Below, piece by piece: positions 37,649 to 47,786 of a DNA stretch of 64,000 nt; position 1 is the stretch's first letter, and every line of letters begins with the position of its first letter. The stretch spans positions 24,030 through 88,029 of the forward strand of contig JBAMLT010000192.1 of the NCBI GenBank assembly GCA_039793425.1, in the 5' to 3' direction. The translations under genes and the position numbers were made by a program. Under the pieces are notes generated by a model. It did no database searches and was not told the DNA's origin. It saw only the letters and a list, made by a program, of their open reading frames with translations. This stretch comes from Caldisericota bacterium (lineage in GTDB: Bacteria; Caldisericota; Caldisericia; B22-G15).

Positions 37649-39811
37649 ATGATAGAAGGATTTAACAAAAAAAGTTTAGAAATAAACATTTCTAATAAAA
37701 ATTATTTATTTGAGATTGGTGAACTTGCAAAACAAGCGGATGGTTCGGTTTTAGTAAAATGTGGTGAAACTGTTGTTTTGGTTACTTGTACGGTGAGTAA
37801 AGAACCTAAAGAAGATGTTGATTTTTTGCCTCTTGTGGTTGATTATGAAGAAAAGTTATACGCTGTTGGAAAAATACCAGGTGGTTTCTATAAAAGAGAA
37901 GGGAAACCAACTGATGAGGAAATACTCAAAGCAAGATTAATAGACAGATCTTTAAGACCACTATTTCCAGAATTTTTTTATAATGATGTTCAAATAATTG
38001 CAACAGTTTTATCACAGGACAAAGAAAATTCCGCAGATATAATTGCATTGAATGGAGCATCACTTGCTCTGTCTCTTTCAAAGGCCCCATTTTTAGGACC
38101 AATTGGGGCTGTTAGAATTGGCAAAGTTGATGATAAATTCATAATAAATCCTACTTTTGACGAAATTGAGAAAGGATTGATGGATATAGTTGTTGCAGGT
38201 ACAAAAGATAATATAGTTATGGTTGAAGCTGGATGCAAAGAAATACCTGAAGATATAGTTTTAGAGGCACTTGATATTGCAAGAGAAGAAATAAAAAAGA
38301 TATCTTTAGAAATTGAAAAATTTGCAAAAGAAAATAGTAAAGAAAAAATTGAGGTAACTCCACTTTTAGTTGAAGATGATATTATTCAAAAATCAAAAAA
38401 TTTTCTTGAACCCAAGATAGAAGATATACTCGAAAATTTTAAAGAAAAATCAAAAAGAGAAGAAGAACTTGATAAACTCGAAGAGCAATTGATTTTATAC
38501 TTTATGCCTGACTTTGAAATAAAAGAAGAATTTTCAAAAGAGGAAAAAGAATTAATTAAAAAATTAAAATATATTTTTAAAAAAATCTTAAAAAATTATG
38601 TAAGAAATAGAATAATAAATAAAAAAATAAGAGTTGATGGTAGAAAAACTGATGAAATTAGGCCTTTATATATAAAAGCAGGATTATTACCAAGAACTCA
38701 TGGTTCAGGATTATTTACAAGAGGTCAAACTCAAGTTTTATCAGTTGTTACCCTTGGAGGAATAAAAGAGGGACAATTAATTGAAGGACTTGAAGAAGAG
38801 TTCACAAAAAGATATATGCATTACTATAATTTTCCTCCTTTTTCAACAGGAGAGGTGAAACCTTTAAGAGGTCCATCAAGAAGAGAAATAGGGCATGGAG
38901 CACTTGCAGAGAGAGCGCTACTTTCTGTAATTCCAGATGAAATTGAATTTCCATATTCAATAAGAGTTGTTTCAGAAGTTCTTGAATCTAATGGATCAAC
39001 ATCAATGGCTTCAGTTTGTGGTTCAACTCTTGCTTTGATGGATGCTGGTGTTCCAATTAAAAATCCTGTATCAGGTATCGCAATGGGTCTTATTAAAGAA
39101 GAAGATGATTTTGTTGTACTATCAGATATACAAGGAATGGAAGATGCTTTAGGTGATATGGATTTTAAAGTAGCAGGTACTATAGAAGGTATTACTGCCC
39201 TTCAGATGGATATAAAAATTAAAGGAATTGATTTAAATATCATAGAAAAAGCGCTTGAACAGGCAAAAAATGGAAGACTCTTTATTTTAAGTGAAATGTT
39301 AAAGGTGATTGATAAACCAAGAGAAAATATTTCTCCACTCGCTCCAAGGGTAATAGTTATGGATATAGAACCTGATAAAATTAAAGATGTTATTGGACCT
39401 CAAGGAAAATTCATCAAAAAAATTATCGATGATACTGGATCCAAAATTGATATTGAACCTACTGGTAGAATATTTGTTACTGCACCTGATCTTGAATCAG
39501 GAGAAAAGGCAAGAGATATGATAAAAGAATTAACAAAGGATGTAGAAATCGGAAGAATTTATCTTGGTAAGGTCTTGCAAGTTAGAGATTTTGGATTGAT
39601 AGTTGAAATAACTCCAAATAAAGATGGTTTATTGCATATCTCTCAGATGAAAACTTCAATTGCAAAAAATAATAAACTATGGCCTAAAGTTGGAGAAGAA
39701 ATAATAGTAAAAGTTCAAAATATTGATGATTCAGGTAGAGTTAACCTAACTCAAAAAGGTATTGTTTTTGAGGACGAAGATAAGGAAAAAGGTAGACCCA
39801 TTAGAGAATAA
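37649..39811 (+). CDS. pnp: Polynucleotide phosphorylase
   Basis: 720 aa with two RNase PH domains, KH (GPQGKFIKKIIDDTGSKID) and S1 domains. Confidence 0.95.
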   Translation: MIEGFNKKSLEINISNKNYLFEIGELAKQADGSVLVKCGETVVLVTCTVSKEPKEDVDFLPLVVDYEEKLYAVGKIPGGFYKREGKPTDEEILKARLIDRSLRPLFPEFFYNDVQIIATVLSQDKENSADIIALNGASLALSLSKAPFLGPIGAVRIGKVDDKFIINPTFDEIEKGLMDIVVAGTKDNIVMVEAGCKEIPEDIVLEALDIAREEIKKISLEIEKFAKENSKEKIEVTPLLVEDDIIQKSKNFLEPKIEDILENFKEKSKREEELDKLEEQLILYFMPDFEIKEEFSKEEKELIKKLKYIFKKILKNYVRNRIINKKIRVDGRKTDEIRPLYIKAGLLPRTHGSGLFTRGQTQVLSVVTLGGIKEGQLIEGLEEEFTKRYMHYYNFPPFSTGEVKPLRGPSRREIGHGALAERALLSVIPDEIEFPYSIRVVSEVLESNGSTSMASVCGSTLALMDAGVPIKNPVSGIAMGLIKEEDDFVVLSDIQGMEDALGDMDFKVAGTIEGITALQMDIKIKGIDLNIIEKALEQAKNGRLFILSEMLKVIDKPRENISPLAPRVIVMDIEPDKIKDVIGPQGKFIKKIIDDTGSKIDIEPTGRIFVTAPDLESGEKARDMIKELTKDVEIGRIYLGKVLQVRDFGLIVEITPNKDGLLHISQMKTSIAKNNKLWPKVGEEIIVKVQNIDDSGRVNLTQKGIVFEDEDKEKGRPIRE

Positions 39812-41071
39812 ATGTCAAAAAGAGAAATAAAATTTGAAATCCATAGGTATGGATCAAAAATAATATTTGAGAGAAATTCTAACTATCCTTCTTTTTCAAC
39901 TTTTGTTTTAGTAAGGGCTGGATCAAATTATGAAAATAAGAATAATAATGGCTATTCACACTTTATTGAACATCTCGTTTTTAAAGGTACCAATAAGAGA
40001 AATTATTATGATATACCTAAAGAAGTTGAAGGAATAGGTTGTGATATAAATGCATATACTGGAAGTGAATATACAGGGTATTATATTAGAGGAAGAGATA
40101 TAAAATTTTATAATGCTTCTGATGTTTTGTTTGATTTAATTCAAAATGCAACTTTTCCAGAAAATGAAATAGAGAAAGAAAAACAGGTTGTAATTCAAGA
40201 ATATTATTCGATAGAAGACTCTCCAGAAGAACTTTCACTTATAGAACTTAAAAAGGCTATATGGAACGATACACCATTTGCTTATGACACAATTGGAAAA
40301 ATAGAAAATATTGTTAACTCAAATAGAGAGAAACTTTATGATTTTTACAATTCATACTATGATTTAAAAAATTTAATTATTTCTATATATGGTAATCTTG
40401 AATATGAAAATGTTATAAATGTTCTTAATGAGAAACTGAATAAAAATAATTCAAACAAAACTATTAATATTAAATTAGAGGAACCGGTTTTTCAAAAAGA
40501 TATAAAGATAAAAAATAAAGAAACAAAACAGATGCATGTATCAATTGGCTTTCAAGCACCATCTGTAGTTTCAGATAGATATCATAGAAATCTTGTTCTA
40601 TTGAATATCATTGGTGGCGGAATGTCATCAAGATTATTTCAAAAAATTAGAGAAAATCTTGGATTAGTTTATGCTATATATTCATTTAATCTATCCAATA
40701 ATATAACAGGAGCTAATGTTATTTATTTTGCTTCATCAAAAGAAAATTTACCTAAAGTATTAGAGGAGATAAAAAAGGAAATTAACAATATGAAAAAAAA
40801 TGGAATAAAAAATGATGAAATTGAAAGAAGTAAAGAATTTCTGATAGGAAATTACTTATTAAGACTTGAAAATTCTCTTGCAAGAAGTGAGAGAAATGCG
40901 GTAAGTTTTTTTAGAAAAGGATACATAGAAGACATAGAAGAAACAATCAAAAAAATACAATCTGTAAGACAAAAAGATATTTATGAAGAACTCGAACAAA
41001 TTAATTACAATGAATTTGGATATGGAGTTACAGGAGAGATAAACGAAGATGAATTTAAAAGATTCTTATGA
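39812..41071 (+). CDS. M16-family zinc peptidase (insulinase-like; YmxG/MlpA-type, downstream of pnp)
   Basis: Inverted zinc motif HFIEH..KGT, about 419 aa, and the conserved rpsO-pnp-M16 gene order. Confidence 0.8.
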   Translation: MSKREIKFEIHRYGSKIIFERNSNYPSFSTFVLVRAGSNYENKNNNGYSHFIEHLVFKGTNKRNYYDIPKEVEGIGCDINAYTGSEYTGYYIRGRDIKFYNASDVLFDLIQNATFPENEIEKEKQVVIQEYYSIEDSPEELSLIELKKAIWNDTPFAYDTIGKIENIVNSNREKLYDFYNSYYDLKNLIISIYGNLEYENVINVLNEKLNKNNSNKTINIKLEEPVFQKDIKIKNKETKQMHVSIGFQAPSVVSDRYHRNLVLLNIIGGGMSSRLFQKIRENLGLVYAIYSFNLSNNITGANVIYFASSKENLPKVLEEIKKEINNMKKNGIKNDEIERSKEFLIGNYLLRLENSLARSERNAVSFFRKGYIEDIEETIKKIQSVRQKDIYEELEQINYNEFGYGVTGEINEDEFKRFL

Positions 41072-42713
41072 TGAAAAATATGTAAAAATAACATTTCTTG
41101 GTGGTTTAAATGAAATTGGAAAAAATATGATGATTTTTGAAGATGAATCATCAGCATTTATACTCGATTCAGGATTCAAGTTTCCTGAAGGAGATATGTT
41201 TGGTGTTGAATATGTAATTCCAAATTTATCTTATATAGAAAAAATAAAAGAAAAACTTTTAGGCATAGTTATATCCCATGGACATCTTGATCACATTGGA
41301 TCTTTAAAATATGTCTTTGAAAAAAAAAGATTACCAATATATGGTACAAAATTAACCCTTGGCTTATGTACAACAGTAATTCCAGGGAAATTTAAACCAT
41401 ATGAAGAAATAGAAATAGTACCAAATAAAAAATTTAAAATTGGGAACTTTACTCTTGAAGGAATATATGTTAATCACTCTATTCCTGATGGTCTTGGCTT
41501 TGTAATTGAAAATCCGAATTCAGGAAAAATATTTCATACTGGTGATTTCAAAATTGATACTACACCAATAGATGGAAAGAGTATTGATTTACAAAAAATT
41601 GCTTCAAAAGGAAATGAAGGCATTTTATTAATACTTTCAGATTCAACAAATGCAACAAAAGATGGATTTGCTGGATCCGAAAAAATAGTGGGAGAAAATT
41701 TAATAAATCTTTTTAAAAGAATAAAAGGTAGAGCAATAATAACTACATTCTCAACAAACATTCATAGGATTCAACAGATTTTTGATATTTCTTCAAAACT
41801 CGGAAGAAAAGTTTATGTTGATGGCAAAAGTTTTGTTAATATAATTTCTATTGCTAAAAAATTAGGATATATAAATATTCCTGATGAATTAATGATTGAT
41901 ATAAACAATATTCCATTAATTCCTGAAGACAAACTTGTCATATTAACAACTGGAAGTCAGGGTGAACCCCTTTCTGGTTTAACAAGACTTGCTTATTCAA
42001 ATCATGACAAATTAAGAATATTACCAGGGGATACTATCATAATATCTGCTCACCCAATTCCAGGTAATGAAGAATATGTTAATAGGATAATAAATAATCT
42101 TTTTTCTCTTAATGCCGATGTTATTTATAGAGAAGAAGATGGTGTTCATGTATCTGGTCATGCAGCAAAAGAAGAATTAAAAATTATGTTACAACTTGTA
42201 AAACCACAATACTTTATACCAATTCATGGTGAAACAAGACATCTTTATGGTCATAAAAAACTTGCCAATGAAATTGGAATTCCCGAAAATAAAACTATAA
42301 TTGTTGAAAATGGAGATAGTATATTTGTTTATAAAGATTTTGTCAAAAGAGCTAAAAAGGAATCCTATGGGGATTTATTTATTGATGGACTTGGTCTTGA
42401 ATCAGAAGAAAGTGAAGTTATAAAAGATAGAAGAATTTTAGCAAAAGAAGGTATAGTTAGTATAGGTATTTTAATAAAAAATGGGAAGATAAATAAAATT
42501 AAAATACTTTCAAGGGGATTCTTCAATGAAAATGATTTAAATGGATTAATTTCTAAAGCAAAAGAAAGAATAGAAGAAGTTTATTCATCAAATCATAGAT
42601 ACAGTAAGGATATTCTTGAAAGAGATATTTCTGGTGCGCTATCATCTTTTTTTTATGAAAAAACAAGAAGAAAACCTATAATTATTCCTTTAATTTTTGA
42701 AGAGAATGAATAA
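41049..42713 (+). CDS. rnj: Ribonuclease J (metallo-beta-lactamase / beta-CASP)
   Basis: HGHLDHIG motif, beta-CASP motifs and a C-terminal domain; 554 aa. Confidence 0.9.
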   Translation: MNLKDSYDEKYVKITFLGGLNEIGKNMMIFEDESSAFILDSGFKFPEGDMFGVEYVIPNLSYIEKIKEKLLGIVISHGHLDHIGSLKYVFEKKRLPIYGTKLTLGLCTTVIPGKFKPYEEIEIVPNKKFKIGNFTLEGIYVNHSIPDGLGFVIENPNSGKIFHTGDFKIDTTPIDGKSIDLQKIASKGNEGILLILSDSTNATKDGFAGSEKIVGENLINLFKRIKGRAIITTFSTNIHRIQQIFDISSKLGRKVYVDGKSFVNIISIAKKLGYINIPDELMIDINNIPLIPEDKLVILTTGSQGEPLSGLTRLAYSNHDKLRILPGDTIIISAHPIPGNEEYVNRIINNLFSLNADVIYREEDGVHVSGHAAKEELKIMLQLVKPQYFIPIHGETRHLYGHKKLANEIGIPENKTIIVENGDSIFVYKDFVKRAKKESYGDLFIDGLGLESEESEVIKDRRILAKEGIVSIGILIKNGKINKIKILSRGFFNENDLNGLISKAKERIEEVYSSNHRYSKDILERDISGALSSFFYEKTRRKPIIIPLIFEENE

Positions 42714-43635
42714 AAAATTTTTTCTAATTTTATTTCTTTCTCTTTTTTTAATGGGCAATGCTGTTGCTCCATTTACTTTAAATAGTTATCAATCAAATAT
42801 TATTCCTCTTGAATCAATAAATCTTCAAATTCAAAAAGAAGAAATTGTTTTTAATATATATGACAATGAAATTGAGGGTAATATTAAATATGAGATATTA
42901 AATGAAGATTATGATGAGAAAATAGGTTTAATTTTCCCTATATATTCACTAAGAGAGAATAGTTTTGAAATATTTTTTAATAATGAGAAAGTAAATTTTG
43001 AAAAGGTTGATCTTAACTATTTAAAAGAAAATTTAAAAGATAAATATTTTAAATTAAAAGAAATCGTTTCACCTAAAAATTTACTATTTGTTGACCCTAT
43101 CACAGGAAATAATTATTTACCTAACTATTTTGATTATATAATAACAAGTTCTAATATAGATAATTACTATCCAACATTTTTAAAATTTGTTTTAGATTTT
43201 AAAAAAAATACAGAAAATATTCTATTTATTAAATTTAAAACATATCCAAATATAGATAGAAAACTTTATCCAAAGAATGTTTACTCTTATTATTATATAT
43301 TAAATACAAAAGATTATTTTAAGGATTTTAAAAATATAAACATTAAAATTTTTTATCCATCAAATTTCTCATTCACCTCTAATTTAAAAGGAAATATAAA
43401 TAAAGAAGAGAATAAAATTTTATATGAAATTAATCTGGATAAACCAAATGAAAATCTTACCTTCTCATATCTAAATGGAAAAATTAGTAAACTTTCAATT
43501 TATCTTTATAAAAAATTTCCAATAATGTATGATACATATTTTATTTTTATTGTTATTATTTTTATATCATTAATAATATTTGTTGGTTTAATAATTTTTT
43601 TAATCATAAAATTATTGAAGAGGAAAAAGAAATGA
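42697..43635 (+). CDS. Hypothetical secreted protein with a C-terminal TM anchor and basic tail (N/Y/K-rich)
   Basis: Signal peptide (LILFLSLFLMGNAVA), a C-terminal hydrophobic helix followed by KLLKRKKK, and no known motifs. It is translationally coupled to both neighbours. Confidence 0.35.
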   Translation: MKRMNKKFFLILFLSLFLMGNAVAPFTLNSYQSNIIPLESINLQIQKEEIVFNIYDNEIEGNIKYEILNEDYDEKIGLIFPIYSLRENSFEIFFNNEKVNFEKVDLNYLKENLKDKYFKLKEIVSPKNLLFVDPITGNNYLPNYFDYIITSSNIDNYYPTFLKFVLDFKKNTENILFIKFKTYPNIDRKLYPKNVYSYYYILNTKDYFKDFKNINIKIFYPSNFSFTSNLKGNINKEENKILYEINLDKPNENLTFSYLNGKISKLSIYLYKKFPIMYDTYFIFIVIIFISLIIFVGLIIFLIIKLLKRKKK

Positions 43636-44729
43636 GCGAGGTTTTATTTGCTTCACTAAGGGCTGAAAGTGAAGAAAAATCCTTTTTAAAAAAAATTAAA
43701 ATTCTTTCATCTAAACTGATTAAAGAGGTTAAAAATGGAGACCTTGTTGCAATTAAAGTTCATTTTGGTGAGTTGGGAAATCATGGATTTTTAAGACCTA
43801 TCTTTGTAAGACAAGTTGTTGATCTTATAAAGGATCTTGGAGGAAAACCATTTTTAACTGACTCAAACACTCTTTATAGAGGTTCAAGATCAAATGCAGT
43901 AGATCATTTAAACACAGCAATTTATAATGGATTTTCTTATGCATCTATGGGCTGTCCAATTATAATTGCTGATGGAATAAGAGGTCAATATTTTTATGAA
44001 ATTGAAGTAAATTTAAAGCATTTTAAGAAAGTCAAAATTGCTGGAGCAATTTATGATTCAGATTATCTTGTTGTTTTAACCCATTTTAAAGGACATATGT
44101 CAGCAGGTTTTGGTGGAAGCATTAAAAATGTTGCAATGGGATGTGCTTCAAGAGCAGGAAAACAGATGCAACATGCAGATTTTAAACCACCATTTGTTTT
44201 TGAAAAGTGCATTGGTTGTGGTAAATGTGCAACTCATTGTCCTGAAAATGCAATTGAAATAGTTAATAAAAAAGCAAGTTTTGATTATTCAAAATGTATT
44301 GGATGTGGTGAATGTGTAACTGTTTGTCCAACTGGTGCAATTAAGACATCTTGGGGAAGTTCAAGTGAAATTCTTGAAGAGAAGATGGCTGAGTTTGCAT
44401 ATGGGGTTAAAAAGTTTTTTGAAGAGAAGATTGCTTTTTTAAATTTTGTTATGGATGTTTCTCCAGATTGTGATTGTGTTCCTTGGCATGATATAAACCT
44501 TGTTCCTGATATTGGACTTTTTGGTTCAAAAGATATTGTTTCAGTTGATCAAGCATCTTTTGATGCAGTTAAAAGTTCTGAATCTCTTAAAGTTCCATCA
44601 CTTGATTATAAAAATTTAAAAGATGAGGACAAATTTTTTCATGTTCATAAAATTTCTGGGGAAATACAACTTGAATATGGAGAAGAGATTGGCCTTGGTG
44701 AAAGAGTTTATAATATAAAAGAGATATGA
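43632..44729 (+). CDS. DUF362-domain protein with a 2x[4Fe-4S] ferredoxin insert
   Basis: Two CxxCxxCxxxCP motifs (CIGCGKCATHCP, CIGCGECVTVCP) embedded in a DUF362-like scaffold; 365 aa. Confidence 0.6.
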   Translation: MSEVLFASLRAESEEKSFLKKIKILSSKLIKEVKNGDLVAIKVHFGELGNHGFLRPIFVRQVVDLIKDLGGKPFLTDSNTLYRGSRSNAVDHLNTAIYNGFSYASMGCPIIIADGIRGQYFYEIEVNLKHFKKVKIAGAIYDSDYLVVLTHFKGHMSAGFGGSIKNVAMGCASRAGKQMQHADFKPPFVFEKCIGCGKCATHCPENAIEIVNKKASFDYSKCIGCGECVTVCPTGAIKTSWGSSSEILEEKMAEFAYGVKKFFEEKIAFLNFVMDVSPDCDCVPWHDINLVPDIGLFGSKDIVSVDQASFDAVKSSESLKVPSLDYKNLKDEDKFFHVHKISGEIQLEYGEEIGLGERVYNIKEI

Positions 44730-45181
44730 ACTTTTGTCCATTTTGCGAGAAAGATAGAGAAAGAATAATTTTTGAGAGTAAACTTTCTTTTGCTCTTCTT
44801 GACATATATCCTATAACTTACGGTCACACTCTAATAATTCCAAAAAGGCACATTTTAAAAATTGAAGATTTAACAAAAGATGAAGTTCTTGATATTTTTG
44901 AAGTTTTTAATAAAGTTAAAAATGCACTTGAGAAATTTTTAAAACCTGATGGATTTAATTTTGGAATAAATATTGGTGAGGCAAGTGGTCAATCAATTGA
45001 GCACATTCATTTTCATCTAATTCCAAGATACAAAGGAGATACACAATTTCCAGATGGTGGAATAAGAAAAGTTATTATGAATTTTATTGATTTTGAAAAA
45101 GAAGATTTTAAGTCAAAATGGATAAAAAATAGATTAAATAAAGAAGAGATAGAAAAAATAAGAGAGTTCTTAAAAAAATAA
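44726..45181 (+). CDS. HIT-family (histidine triad) nucleotide hydrolase/transferase
   Basis: HIHFHLIPR histidine-triad motif and an N-terminal CPFC; 151 aa. Confidence 0.85.
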   Translation: MNFCPFCEKDRERIIFESKLSFALLDIYPITYGHTLIIPKRHILKIEDLTKDEVLDIFEVFNKVKNALEKFLKPDGFNFGINIGEASGQSIEHIHFHLIPRYKGDTQFPDGGIRKVIMNFIDFEKEDFKSKWIKNRLNKEEIEKIREFLKK

Positions 45182-45207
45182 GATTTTGTTATTATATAAT
45201 TTAAGGA

Positions 45208-45993
45208 ATGAAAAATAAAAAACTTTTCAAACAGGTCATTTTATTTTCTTTACCTTTTATTTTAATCTACTCTATTCTTTTTGTAAGAGCAACTCAAGTT
45301 TTACCACAAGGAGCAATAAATATATTGCCAGAAATTGAGAATCCAAAAGAAAATGAAAGGATAGTTATTTTCTCTCCTCATCCAGATGATGAAACAATTT
45401 CATGTGGTGGTTATATACAAAGAGCAATTGAAAATAAATCTATTGTTTTTATTATTTTAATAACAGATGGAAATAGAAGAAACAAGAAATCTATAAGATA
45501 TAAAGAATTTAGAAAAGCAACATCCTTACTTGGAGTAAAAGAAGAAAATTTAATTTTTTTAAATTATCCAGATGGAAAGTTATTTAAATATAAAAATGAA
45601 CTTACTGAAGATTTTTTTGAAATAATTAAAAATTTAAAGCCTGATAAAGTTTTTATACCAGTATCATATGATAATCATAGAGATCATAAAATTAGTGGAG
45701 ATATCTTAAGAGAAGTTTTATCTAATTTTGAGAATATTAAAATATATCAATATCTTGTTCATCACGATTATTTTCCGCAACCAATGAAATATGATCCAAA
45801 TTTATATATTTTGCCTCCTTTAAGAACATTAAACTTTTATTCAAAATGGTATAAATTCGATTTAATTGAAAAAGAGATAGAAATAAAAAAGGAATCAATT
45901 TTTACATATAAATCTCAAATTTCGAAGATGCCTCTTAAAGAAATGTTGCAAAGTTTTATAAGAAAAAATGAGATTTTTTATGTTGATAATTAA
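45208..45993 (+). CDS. PIG-L/LmbE-family N-acetylglucosaminyl deacetylase with an N-terminal membrane anchor
   Basis: N-terminal TM helix, then IVIFSPHPDDETISCGG, the PIG-L zinc-binding motif. Confidence 0.75.
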   Translation: MKNKKLFKQVILFSLPFILIYSILFVRATQVLPQGAINILPEIENPKENERIVIFSPHPDDETISCGGYIQRAIENKSIVFIILITDGNRRNKKSIRYKEFRKATSLLGVKEENLIFLNYPDGKLFKYKNELTEDFFEIIKNLKPDKVFIPVSYDNHRDHKISGDILREVLSNFENIKIYQYLVHHDYFPQPMKYDPNLYILPPLRTLNFYSKWYKFDLIEKEIEIKKESIFTYKSQISKMPLKEMLQSFIRKNEIFYVDN

Positions 45994-46017
45994 AAAAGAT
46001 TGATATAATAATTTTAG

Positions 46018-46092
46018 GCGGGAATAGCTCAGGGGTAGAGCACCGGCTTCCCAAGCCGGGTGTCGCGGGTTCGAATCCCGTTTCCCGCTCCA
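46018..46092 (+). tRNA. tRNA-Gly (anticodon CCC)
   Basis: Cloverleaf folded by hand: acceptor GCGGGAA/TTCCCGC, D arm GCTC..GAGC, anticodon stem CCGGC/GCCGG with loop TTCCCAA, T arm GCGGG-TTCGAAT-CCCGT, discriminator T and an encoded CCA. TATAAT lies 11 nt upstream. Confidence 0.9.
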
Positions 46093-46188
46093 GTTATAAT
46101 TAAAATTTAAAATCTTACTTAATAAAATGATTTATATTTTTTGATATAATTCAATAAGAATTGATTTTTTGATTAAAGGAGGTTGTTA

Positions 46189-46587
46189 ATGCCATTTGGA
46201 AAAGGAGCAAAAGAGGAATTTATTAAAGATTCTGGTCAATCATATATTGGTGAAGGAACAATTGTAGAAGGTAAAATAATTTGCGAAGGTAGTTTAAGAG
46301 TTGATGGTAAAGTTAAAGGTGAAATAGAAATAAAAGGAGTTCTTACTATTGGAGAAAAAGGAATAATTGATTCAAATGTAAAAGCGGGTGAAGTAGTAAT
46401 AATGGGAACTGTTAACGGAAATGTAATTTCAGATAAGAAAGTTGAAATATTTAATTCTGGAAAAGTAAATGGAGATGTACAAACTCCTCGAATTGCAATA
46501 GAAGAAGGGGGAATTTTAGATGGAAAATGTACAATGAACTTAATTAAAGAGGTCAAAGAAAAGTCTAAAGGTGAGATTCAGAAATAG
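46189..46587 (+). CDS. Bactofilin-family cytoskeletal protein (CcmA-like)
   Basis: Beta-helical repeat pattern (G.I.G.v.v.G.v.G.i). The start is chosen at the ATG 6 nt after the AAAGGAGG RBS; the track's TTG at 46183 is less likely. Confidence 0.75.
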   Translation: MPFGKGAKEEFIKDSGQSYIGEGTIVEGKIICEGSLRVDGKVKGEIEIKGVLTIGEKGIIDSNVKAGEVVIMGTVNGNVISDKKVEIFNSGKVNGDVQTPRIAIEEGGILDGKCTMNLIKEVKEKSKGEIQK

Positions 46588-47191
46588 AGAAGAAGCAGGT
46601 AAACTTTTAGGAGAAAAACTTCTCTCCTTTAATTTTAAAAATCCAATAATTTTTGGCATTCCAAGAGGTGGAGTAGTTGTTGCTAATGAAATTTCAAAAA
46701 TTTTAAATGCTCCACTTTCTATAGTTATAGTTTCGAAAATTCCTGCATATTTTGATAGTGAATATGGAATAGGCGCTTTAACTGAAGATGGAGAGATTAT
46801 TTTAAGAGAAAATGTAGATAGAAATTATTTGGATAAAGTTGTTGAATTATTAAAAAATAAAATTAAAAAAAGAGTTAATTTATATAGAAATGGAAAAGAA
46901 ATAGAAGAACTGAATGATAGAACAGCGATAATAGTTGATGATGGAATAGCAACAGGAGAAACGATAATTGCAGCAATAAAGTCATTAAAAAATAAAAATC
47001 CTGAAAAAATAGTTGTTGCTGTTCCTGTATCAAGTATTGATGCAAAATATAAAATTGAAAGTGAAGTTGATAATTTTATCTCTCTTTATACTCCTGAAAT
47101 TTTTTATGCTGTAAGCATGTTTTATGAGGATTTTGAACAGGTTGAGGATGATTATGTTATAAATATATTGAAGAAAGGAGAAAAAGAATGA
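46571..47191 (+). CDS. Phosphoribosyltransferase-family protein
   Basis: PRPP-binding motif [13 protein letters not shown]; N-terminus [16 protein letters not shown] typical of the predicted-PRTase family; GTG start. Confidence 0.7.
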   Translation: MRFRNREEAGKLLGEKLLSFNFKNPIIFGIPRGGVVVANEISKILNAPLSIVIVSKIPAYFDSEYGIGALTEDGEIILRENVDRNYLDKVVELLKNKIKKRVNLYRNGKEIEELNDRTAIIVDDGIATGETIIAAIKSLKNKNPEKIVVAVPVSSIDAKYKIESEVDNFISLYTPEIFYAVSMFYEDFEQVEDDYVINILKKGEKE

Positions 47192-47784
47192 AAGAATATA
47201 ATTCAATCATACCATGGGTCATTGAAAAAACTCCTTATGGTGAAAGACAATATGATATATTTTCGAGATTACTTAAAGATAGAATAATTTTTCTTGGAAC
47301 TGAAATTAATGATCAAGTAGCCAATGCAATAATTGCTGAACTTCTATTTCTTGAAGCAGAAGACCCAGAAAGAGATATCAATTTATATATCAATAGCCCT
47401 GGCGGAGAAGTAACTGCTGGACTTGCAATTTATGACACAATTCAATTTATAAAAGCACCTGTCTCTACAATTTGTGTTGGACAAGCAGCGAGTATGGCAG
47501 CAGTATTACTTGCTTCTGGTTCAACAAAAAAAAGATTCACACTTCCCAATACAAGAATATTAATTCATCAACCATGGGGAGGTGTTCAAGGTCAAGCAAA
47601 AGATATTGAGATAGTTGCAAAAGAAATCATAAGAATAAAAAATAAAATAACAGAAATTTTATCAAAACATACAGGTCAACCTTATGATAAAATAGAAAAG
47701 GATACTGATAGAGATTATTATATGACTGCATATGAAGCTAAAGAATATGGAATAATTGATGAAGTACTTGAGAATAGGAAATAA
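47188..47784 (+). CDS. clpP: ATP-dependent Clp protease proteolytic subunit
   Basis: Catalytic Ser region GQAASMAA and the His/Asp context; 198 aa. Confidence 0.95.
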   Translation: MKEYNSIIPWVIEKTPYGERQYDIFSRLLKDRIIFLGTEINDQVANAIIAELLFLEAEDPERDINLYINSPGGEVTAGLAIYDTIQFIKAPVSTICVGQAASMAAVLLASGSTKKRFTLPNTRILIHQPWGGVQGQAKDIEIVAKEIIRIKNKITEILSKHTGQPYDKIEKDTDRDYYMTAYEAKEYGIIDEVLENRK

Positions 47785-47786
47785 AT

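Noticed and set aside
45994-46182. The tRNA-Gly locus as an integration site for a mobile element
   Set aside because: No integrase, recombinase or direct repeat of the tRNA 3' end was found downstream. The following genes (bactofilin, PRTase, clpP, lon) are core housekeeping.
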